Origin: Fimbriosthenelais zetlandica
Taxonomy: Eukaryota
Direction: 5' to 3'
Assembly (NCBI GenBank): GCA_977030845.1
Contig: OZ365114.1
Coordinates: forward strand, 17,794,001-17,858,000
Length of the DNA stretch: 64,000 nucleotides
Every line of letters begins with the position of its first letter. Within the stretch, counting starts at the first letter, position 1. The position numbers and the translations under genes are program-made. The notes under the pieces are model-generated. The model made no database searches. It saw only the letters and a program-made list of their open reading frames with translations, and had not been told where the DNA came from. Of the stretch, positions 54,117 to 61,936 are shown piece by piece.

Positions 54117-56537
54117 TTAGACGTCGGTCTCACGGCCAGCCGGGTGGTCAGTGCCGGGTGGCGATGACGTGGAGGAGGATCCGGCCCCTGAAGATGGCGA
54201 AGCTTCAGGAGCACCTAACTGAATGTCCGTAGTCATCTGGGCGAGCCGGCTCAGGTCCCCGGGGGTCGCTGAGTCGGACTCGTCCCCACTCTGTAACAGA
54301 GCATCTTCATCAAAGTTCTCATCTCTAAGCGGCATCCCGGCAGTGATTTGTTGGAGCAGGGTGATGCCGGCGTAGGGGTGAGACTCGTCCACTACAACCT
54401 CTTGAGCGGCCGGCAAAAGAGGAGTAGGCTGGATCACCGGAGTCGGATCCGGTAGGATCAGAAAATCCACTGGAGTAGAGTCGACAGGCGCTTTACTGAC
54501 AGTGGCCGCAGGGATAGGCTTCACTCCGGGAGGAAGGGAGCCGGTCGCCTGCTTCTTCATAATTAACTCAGCCGCCCGGCCCATCAGAGGAGTAGGTCGG
54601 GAGGTTACTTCTGCTAACCTGAGCGGAGTGGAAGTGCCGCGAGGCGTTTCTGTCCGGACAGGTGGTCTTGAAGCACCGAGGGTAGCAGCATAGGAAGCCG
54701 CAGGCACCACAGGTACTGGAGGATCGGGAAGAACTACTGCTGCCGGGGCGGGGGCCGGGGCAGCCGCACCCAACAACTCTGGAGAGGTGTCCATGAAGGC
54801 CTGCCACTCCGGAGGAACGTTGATGGCGGAGAGGTTCTTCTCCATCAGTTGTTCCTCTAGTTGCTGGATAGTAGCATCCCTTCGTTTCATGGCGGCTTGC
54901 AAGGACTGGTTTTTGACCTTTTCGCGGGAGAGCTCCACGTGAAGGACAGCGACCTGGGCTTGAAGCTGCATAACCCGTTGCTCCGCGGAGGAGGAGATGG
55001 TCTCTTCCACTCGGCGACGAGTCGTCTTCATGGCCTGCTCGGCTAACGTTTCCATCGAGGTTGCCAGTCGCCTAGCCTCCTCGACGAACCCACCGAGCTG
55101 GACTTGCATGGCCGAGCAGATCCCGTCCACGGCCTGGGCTGCAGAGAGGGTCTGGCTGGGGCCAGCTGCCGGCGTCGCGGAAGGTACCGCGGCCGCCGGG
55201 GCTGATGGCTGCTTTGGCGGTGCCGGGCGGGGCACAGCCTGCCGGGCCGGAGCAGGAGCAGAGGCGGCTGCCGGGGTGGCGAGCTTCTTCTGTTTGCTGG
55301 GGCCTGGTTTCTTCATCTGTGGACGCGTAGTTACCACGGCCATCACTGAGGGTGGGGCCTGGTAAACAGCTTCCAGTGGAGACCTGCGTTTCGGTGCTCC
55401 ACCACCTGGAGACGACACGGGGTCGTAGCCGGCCTTCCTCTTCCGGGGGATGGAGTAGGAGGGTGGAGGGCCAAAGACCTCAGGTGCCATTCCGGCTATC
55501 TTCTTATACTCGGTCAAGCCTAGGGCATTGACCTTAGAAAAGGCCCGGTTCGGCTTCAGCACCGGGTTGGTGTTGTAGTCACGAGCTAGGCTGTCCTTTC
55601 TACTTGACTTGTGGCGGCCTTCCTCACGGAGACGTCCATGACGGCCGAGGTCGACTCGGCGGTCCATCTCCCAGCCACAGTTTTGAAAATAGCAGACATA
55701 GACATCTTGCCCGGGGGCGTGTACTTCGCACAGATGCCTATATAGCCTATCCTCGGTAAAGTAACGCCGCACCTTCCCGTTCGCACTCTGTCCTGGGGAC
55801 CGGCAGATCATGAAGGGGCAGCGGTAGCCGGGACGCCACAGGGTATGCGCCAGCTCCAGCTTTTTCCATACCTGAGGGTTGTACTTGGGCCACCAAGAAA
55901 CTTTCTCCGGTTTGGTCTTAATGTCCAAAAGTTCGGTGAACCGAGCTTTGTAGAGAGAGAGCCGCTGGTCTGGGTACTCACTCTCATCATCACTCTCCTT
56001 CTCCTCATCAAAGCCGGGACGTTCCGTAGGATGGTCCGGATTCATGGGGAGGCAGTCGGTGACATCTTTAGGTGTGTAGAAGCTCATGGGGAGATCTTCG
56101 AACTTCCATACCCGGCGAGGGATGGGTCGCTTATCCTCATGGCACCATCGCGGAGTGTTGACAGTCAACTTCTCCGGATGTTTCTGATTCAGCCGCAGTT
56201 CCTCAGCCGGCGGAGGGAGGTCCTCGCCGGGAGCAGTCACCGGGGCCGTAGAGCTCGGAAGAGGTGAAGAGGGAGCTTTATCCTTAGCCTTCTTCTTCTT
56301 CTTCTTTGCCTTCTTGCGGGTAGAAGCAGTCGCCTGTTCTGCCGCAAGGAATCCTTCGTCCAGTCCAGTAGCCGGGGACGGAGTCTCCTGCTGCTGGGGT
56401 GCTGCCGGGGCAGCTTCTTCATGAGATACAGGATCCGGCTGGGGAGCCGTCTCCTGCATCGATGGAGCGGTAACTTCCATCGCCTCTTCCACAGAAGCGA
56501 CGGGACCGTCCGGCACAGCGAGCTGTGCACTAGCCAT
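54117..56537 (-). CDS. Accessory ORF3 of the retrotransposon: ~806-aa NLS / C2H2-like zinc finger / coiled-coil protein
   Basis: Stop-free 2.4 kb, same strand as gag-pol, between pol and PPT. ATG at 56537 (MASAQL...). Basic patches RKKAKKKKKK and RKRK-x12-PKRR; C-x4-C...L-x2-H-x4-H and C-x4-C-x3-M-x5-L-x2-H motifs (~55611-55820); heptad-like helix (~54840-55090); no signal peptide or TM segment seen. Confidence 0.85.
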   Translation of the reverse strand: MASAQLAVPDGPVASVEEAMEVTAPSMQETAPQPDPVSHEEAAPAAPQQQETPSPATGLDEGFLAAEQATASTRKKAKKKKKKAKDKAPSSPLPSSTAPVTAPGEDLPPPAEELRLNQKHPEKLTVNTPRWCHEDKRPIPRRVWKFEDLPMSFYTPKDVTDCLPMNPDHPTERPGFDEEKESDDESEYPDQRLSLYKARFTELLDIKTKPEKVSWWPKYNPQVWKKLELAHTLWRPGYRCPFMICRSPGQSANGKVRRYFTEDRLYRHLCEVHAPGQDVYVCYFQNCGWEMDRRVDLGRHGRLREEGRHKSSRKDSLARDYNTNPVLKPNRAFSKVNALGLTEYKKIAGMAPEVFGPPPSYSIPRKRKAGYDPVSSPGGGAPKRRSPLEAVYQAPPSVMAVVTTRPQMKKPGPSKQKKLATPAAASAPAPARQAVPRPAPPKQPSAPAAAVPSATPAAGPSQTLSAAQAVDGICSAMQVQLGGFVEEARRLATSMETLAEQAMKTTRRRVEETISSSAEQRVMQLQAQVAVLHVELSREKVKNQSLQAAMKRRDATIQQLEEQLMEKNLSAINVPPEWQAFMDTSPELLGAAAPAPAPAAVVLPDPPVPVVPAASYAATLGASRPPVRTETPRGTSTPLRLAEVTSRPTPLMGRAAELIMKKQATGSLPPGVKPIPAATVSKAPVDSTPVDFLILPDPTPVIQPTPLLPAAQEVVVDESHPYAGITLLQQITAGMPLRDENFDEDALLQSGDESDSATPGDLSRLAQMTTDIQLGAPEASPSSGAGSSSTSSPPGTDHPAGRETDV

Positions 56538-57568
56538 GGGGCTATTCTTCTTAAAACAACACACTGCCGAGATGCCGGGGCTGCCGGGATGCCGGGAATC
56601 AGTCAAGCGTGACGAGTGTAACTTTGCGTAAGGGACCTACAAAAACCAAGAAAAACACCAGAAATTACTAATAATTCGGTTACAATTTTTGGCTCCGTAG
56701 ATGCCTAAGACACTCATACACAGAATGATCACAAAATGTGTTGTTCAACATACAATAATGCGAGTAAAACATGCAGAAATAGAGCGGTAGAAACACAGCG
56801 TGATACTCACAGGTTCAAGTAAAAAGCGGAAGTGACTCTGGGTAGAGGTGCCGGAAAGCGTGAGAGTGTTTGTCGTAAAAACTACCGACCCTCTTACTCG
56901 TCACATCTTTCCCTATGGCCTACAAAAACCTCAATGAGTCTTACTCCCTACGAGAACCTAGTGTCACGTGGCCCCTGTGATCCAGACCTTCTTCGAATGG
57001 ATCCGCCTACTGCATAAATTTTACAACATCCTCCAATGACCTAACCGGGTCACCGTGACCTACTTCCAACCCGCCTCTACCCTCTTTCATGAAACAAGTG
57101 GGCGTGTTATGATCACGGCCGTACCACGGCTTTATTGGTCAAAAGAATCTTCATACCCGTTCATAGGTAGGAATTTAATGTCTTATAAAAGTCAGGAGGG
57201 CTGCCACGAAGGGGCGGCCTCTTCTCATCCTGATTGACAGGACCACATGGATCTGTCACTTCATACTGTTTGGTCCGGCACGTAGGATGCATTCATTATC
57301 GCCCAGCCGAGCAGCCATTCCCTTGAATTTGTCAAAGTCTCGTCCAGCTGACTAGCTGTCACCGGGTTGGATTCGTGCAAACTCATGCCGGGACAGGTAC
57401 TGGGACTGGTTGCCAGTAGGGAATACCTTGCCGGCAGCCCGTCCTCGGAGCCTGACTCGCAAAAAGAGGGTAAGTCAAATTGCAAAATATCTTAGGTTTT
57501 CTTCATGCTTCATAAGTACTTCTCGTTGTGTGATTTTATTCTCTATCTTCGTATAGTGGTAGTAAATA

Positions 57569-60500
57569 CTACCGGACATAGTCGGTATACCTAACTGGGG
57601 CCCTTATCTGTCTTTTACCTGCCGCGCGGGCTACCGGGACTGCCACAGGCTTCAAAGGTGATAAATCATCCTCTGGCCCTGTATCCGGCACTGCCGCGGC
57701 AGGTGTGGCCGGCACTTCGATTGCCGGGCCACCTACCTTCTTCCTTGGCCTCAGTTTCTTCACATAGGTAACCTTTTCTGCCCTTTTTCTACTTAGGTTC
57801 CGTTTAGGCTTAGGAGGATCTGGTATTCTCACCCTCATCGGCTGACCTTTCTTCTTCCGAGGACGTCGCCGGGCCGGAGCCGGGGCAACTATTCCATCGG
57901 GAGCGTCCTTGCCGGGGATCGTGCGGCCGCAAAGGTCCGTGGTTATATATTCCACCCCCTTATCTTGCTGAGCACGATACTCCGGAGCCGTATGTAAGTT
58001 TACCGTTTGTATCGCTCCATCTTTGCCAAAAACGGGCTTCAAGTAATCTACATGCCACCTCAGTTTACTTCCATCGGTGGATTCTAATTCATAGGTAGTT
58101 CCGCCCGTTTGCCGGGTCACCACATAAGGTCCGTCGTACTTGCAACTTATCTTACGGGCGGCCTGGGCCGGCATATACCTATGAACCAGTTGACCTATCT
58201 TGTAGGTCCTTGGCCTGGAACGTGCATCAAAGTGTCGCTTCTGGTGCACGGCCGCTACGCCTAATTGCTCTCTTATAAACTGATGCCCTTTTCTCAATTG
58301 TTCTTTCAGTTGTTGAACAAAGGACACCCGGCAGGGAAAATCTAACGACCCCGGCACTACTCCGTAAAGCAGATCGGGAGGCGTCCATATCTCCGAGCCA
58401 AAGAGGGCACAGTTGGGTGTAACATAGGTACTGGCATGCACCGTCCCACGATAGGCACTGGCAATACACGGTACCAAGAGGTCCCAATTTGTCTCATCGT
58501 AACTGGTAACGCAAGAAAGCTGTTCGGTTAGCACCCTATTGAATCTTTCCACGAGTCCATTACTCGAGGGCCTATAAGGCAGCGTTAACAGTTTTTCCAT
58601 GCCCATTAGTGAACAGAGTTCCTTCAACAACATGGACCGGAATTCCGGCGCACCGTCCGTCTGGAGGGAGACCGGCGGTCCATATCTAAGGATCCACTCA
58701 TTGAATAGAGCGTGGGCGACAGTCTCAGCCTTGTGATCTGGAAGCGGCAAGGCTTCCACCCACTTGGAGAAAAAGTCAGTGATCACTAATACACAGGTGT
58801 TCCCACGAAGTGTCGTTTGGAACGGTCCTATGATATCTAAGGAAATTCGGGAAAACCGGGTTCCGTGGATCTCCTTTTTCAATGGAGTCAGGCCGCGGCC
58901 GGCCCGGCTTTTGCGCATAGCACATGCCGGACATGCTTTGACCCAACGTTCTATGTCCCGCTTCAAGCCGGGCCAATAGAAACGTGTCTTCACACTCCAT
59001 ATCGTCTTAAAGCCTCCATAATGACCACCCATTTTGGTTCCATGAACACTTTGGAAAACTTCTTCACGCATTGCCGGCGGGACTACTATGCGCCATTTGG
59101 CACGGCCCGTAGCTTTGCGTACCCAGCGAAGACGGAGAATCCCATCTTCACCTACTTCTAAATCATCCCAAAGAGCAGCCAGCGTCTGAAATTCCTCCGA
59201 CTCTCCCCGAAGTCGTGTTCGCTCAGGTAATTCAGCGCCCGCTTGCTTCAATTTGACAATTATCTTCACATCCGGATCCTCCTTCTGTGCTTCCAACATG
59301 CCGGAGTCATGCTTAAACACTGATATAGAAGAGATCACCGGTGGATCCACAGCTTGAGCGCACTCACAACTACAACGACCACATTTATCGCGCCTAGGCA
59401 GCCTAGATAGAGCGTCCGCGTTCTGGTGCTTAGCACCCGGACGATGCAATATCTTGCCACTACTGATGCCATATTCTTGGATCGTGGTGAGCCATCGTGC
59501 CAAGATGTTTTCGGGGTCTTTGAAGTTGACTAACCATTTCAATGAAGCATGATCAGTACGAACGACAAAGTCCTCGCAACCCAATAAGAAATGCCGGAAC
59601 TTCTTCAGGAAACGCACTACCGCTAGTAACTCACGCTTCGTGGTGCAATAATTCTGCTGTGCCTTATTCAGAGAATTACTAGCATAGGCAATGACTCGTT
59701 CCTTCCCATCTTGGATCTGTGATAGGACGCCAGAAATACCGAAATTACTAGCATCCGTATCCAAGACATAAGTCCCTTTATCTCTCGGATACCCTAACAC
59801 AGGAGCCTGTATTAGAGCCTTCCTGATGGACTCAAATGCTTTTTCACATCCTATCGTCCAATCAAACCGCTTTGTGTAACTACCACCTAAGCGAGTAGCT
59901 TTAGTGATTACATCCCGCATGGGTTTAGCAAGTTCAGTGAAATTCGGGATAAATTCCCTATAATAGGAACTGAATCCAATGAACTGCCTGAGTTCCTTGG
60001 GAGTCTCCGGCCGGGGCCAGTTCTTCACGGCCCGAACTTTTGCCGGATCGGGTTGAACACCTTTACCCGAAACTATCCTCCCCAAGTACTCTACTTTACG
60101 TCTGAAGAGTTTGCACTTTTTGGGCTTTAACTTAAGTCCATAGTTTTGCAACCGCACAAACACTTCTCTGAGATTAGCTAACATTTCTTCAAACGTTTTG
60201 CCAAAAACAATAATGTCATCGATGTAGACTAAGCATTTCTTCCATCTTAGTCCACTCAACATTGTCTCCATAGCTCTTTCGAACGTTGCCGGGGCATTAC
60301 ACAACCCAAAGGACATGACTTTGAATTGAAATAAGCCGAGGCTTGAGATGAAGGCAGTCTTATCTTTACTGTCTTCATCCATAGCTATCTGCCAATAGCC
60401 GGAGTCCAAATCCAATGAGCAGAACCATTCGTTACCACCCAGAGCATCCAGAGCTTCGTCTATTCGGGGAAGCGGATAGCTATCCGTCCTAGTTGCCTGG

Positions 60501-61936
60501 TTAAGTTTCCGATAGTCTACACAGAAACGCATAGAACCATCCTTCTTCTTGACCATGACAATAGGAGAAGCCCACGAGCTTTCACTCGGTTCGACTACTC
60601 CTTTACTCATCATTCTACGGATCTCTTCCTCGGCTACTTCCCTGCGAGACTTAGGAAGCCGCCTATAAGGCTGCCGGACGGGATGAGGATCCGTAAGTTC
60701 TATACGATGTTTCACCTGGGTAGTCTGGCTAAAGACGTCGCCGGGTAAAGCGAAACACGTGCGGAACTCTTCTAGCAGATCTGTTGCCAGCTGCCGGTGC
60801 CGCGGATTAGTGATATGCGATTCGTCAGTGGCCTTTTTCAAGGGGCACTCTTCACTATCAGGTATCACAAAATCCGGACACATCACTTCATCGTCGGTTA
60901 TCTCTACCGGATGCAAATCACCCAGCGGAGTACCCGCCGTTAACTTCATAGGCACTGGGGTCGGATTGGTAATCGGCACTCTAGTTTCTGAGTCTCGTAC
61001 AACATACGTGTGCAAACTCCCCAGATTATGCTTCGCCAATCCGATCCTGTCGGGTTCAAATAACAATTCACCCATAACCGGCTCCGACACAGTGATACGG
61101 CACAGATGTAACTGGAATGCTTTCAGAGTAATGTCCTCTGAGAGCCGTGCTTTTCCAGCCGTCCGGCGCGCGCGACACATCACATGTGTGGATCCGTTCT
61201 CCAAGGTGAATCGTCCCGACCAGTCCAGGCTACATTGGTAGACATGATAGAAATCTGCCCCAAGCACTCCGTCATCGTCGCCGTCTATGCCGGACACGAT
61301 TAAGCAAGGGATTTCAAACATCCGTCCACCAATGCAAAAGGGAAAAATTCCCACTCCTTCAGTCTGTAATGGATTCCCGTCAGCCACCTTAACCTCGGTA
61401 CGATTTGGAATCAGAGGGGGCGGATCACGCAGCGAATCATAGAACCGCTTGGTTATCAAGGACGTCGTCGCCCCAGTATCCATTAACAGTTCTCCGCACT
61501 GATTGTTCACCATTACAGGAACATACCAACGATCCTTGACCAGAACGCTTTGTCCCGGCAAGGTTAAAGTGTGGCAACTTAAGTCAGCAGGCCTGATCTT
61601 CACTATTTTCATCTGATTGGGATTGCCATTGGTTGGCTTAGCCACAAACAAATGAGAGCGACTCTCTGGGCCGGGTCTACTACAGGCCGTGCCGGGGTCA
61701 TGACGCCCGGCAACAGCTCCCGGCTCAGGATCAGGAACCTGAACGATTTCCTTCTCTACAAGGGAAACTGCTTTTCCCTGCTTCTTATCGTCTTCTGACA
61801 TCGCCAAACTTTGTTTGCTCGATACAGTATTCTGAAGCGACTTCGACTGTTTCAGCTGATCCTTCCTTTGATCAACGTCATCAGCCGGCTTCAGCCCCGT
61901 CAGTGCACTTCTTACTGAGGAGCCGGAGGGTTTTCC
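57569..61936 (-). CDS. pol: Pol polyprotein (aspartic protease, reverse transcriptase, RNase H, DDE integrase), expressed by predicted -1 frameshift
   Basis: LLMDTGA (PR); CVDYRKLN, YPLP, LDLDSGYWQ, YIDDII (RT); LDTDAS...ELLAV...VRTDHASL (RH); H-x6-H...CPAC, LDIIGP, DFFSKW, TDGAPEF, GLVERFN, GPY (IN). The frame is open from 61945, upstream of the track start at 61807. Confidence 0.97.
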   Translation of the reverse strand, partial: GKPSGSSVRSALTGLKPADDVDQRKDQLKQSKSLQNTVSSKQSLAMSEDDKKQGKAVSLVEKEIVQVPDPEPGAVAGRHDPGTACSRPGPESRSHLFVAKPTNGNPNQMKIVKIRPADLSCHTLTLPGQSVLVKDRWYVPVMVNNQCGELLMDTGATTSLITKRFYDSLRDPPPLIPNRTEVKVADGNPLQTEGVGIFPFCIGGRMFEIPCLIVSGIDGDDDGVLGADFYHVYQCSLDWSGRFTLENGSTHVMCRARRTAGKARLSEDITLKAFQLHLCRITVSEPVMGELLFEPDRIGLAKHNLGSLHTYVVRDSETRVPITNPTPVPMKLTAGTPLGDLHPVEITDDEVMCPDFVIPDSEECPLKKATDESHITNPRHRQLATDLLEEFRTCFALPGDVFSQTTQVKHRIELTDPHPVRQPYRRLPKSRREVAEEEIRRMMSKGVVEPSESSWASPIVMVKKKDGSMRFCVDYRKLNQATRTDSYPLPRIDEALDALGGNEWFCSLDLDSGYWQIAMDEDSKDKTAFISSLGLFQFKVMSFGLCNAPATFERAMETMLSGLRWKKCLVYIDDIIVFGKTFEEMLANLREVFVRLQNYGLKLKPKKCKLFRRKVEYLGRIVSGKGVQPDPAKVRAVKNWPRPETPKELRQFIGFSSYYREFIPNFTELAKPMRDVITKATRLGGSYTKRFDWTIGCEKAFESIRKALIQAPVLGYPRDKGTYVLDTDASNFGISGVLSQIQDGKERVIAYASNSLNKAQQNYCTTKRELLAVVRFLKKFRHFLLGCEDFVVRTDHASLKWLVNFKDPENILARWLTTIQEYGISSGKILHRPGAKHQNADALSRLPRRDKCGRCSCECAQAVDPPVISSISVFKHDSGMLEAQKEDPDVKIIVKLKQAGAELPERTRLRGESEEFQTLAALWDDLEVGEDGILRLRWVRKATGRAKWRIVVPPAMREEVFQSVHGTKMGGHYGGFKTIWSVKTRFYWPGLKRDIERWVKACPACAMRKSRAGRGLTPLKKEIHGTRFSRISLDIIGPFQTTLRGNTCVLVITDFFSKWVEALPLPDHKAETVAHALFNEWILRYGPPVSLQTDGAPEFRSMLLKELCSLMGMEKLLTLPYRPSSNGLVERFNRVLTEQLSCVTSYDETNWDLLVPCIASAYRGTVHASTYVTPNCALFGSEIWTPPDLLYGVVPGSLDFPCRVSFVQQLKEQLRKGHQFIREQLGVAAVHQKRHFDARSRPRTYKIGQLVHRYMPAQAARKISCKYDGPYVVTRQTGGTTYELESTDGSKLRWHVDYLKPVFGKDGAIQTVNLHTAPEYRAQQDKGVEYITTDLCGRTIPGKDAPDGIVAPAPARRRPRKKKGQPMRVRIPDPPKPKRNLSRKRAEKVTYVKKLRPRKKVGGPAIEVPATPAAAVPDTGPEDDLSPLKPVAVPVARAAGKRQIRAPVRYTDYVR
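61885..61936 (-). promoter_or_regulatory. Predicted -1 ribosomal frameshift signal (G GAA AAC heptamer plus downstream stem-loop)
   Basis: Heptamer at 61936-61930 in gag frame; hairpin CCGGCT..TCAGT/ACTGA..AGCCGG at 61926-61885. Confidence 0.75.

Noticed and set aside
54117-56606. ORF3 as a retroviral/errantiviral env
   Set aside because: No signal peptide, no hydrophobic TM anchor and no cleavage-site/fusion-peptide pattern; it has NLS and zinc-finger motifs instead. The TTG start at 56606 was set aside in favour of ATG 56537.
56811-57480. A fourth, decayed ORF between pol and ORF3
   Set aside because: Some frames look protein-like but all contain multiple stops and no recognisable motif.
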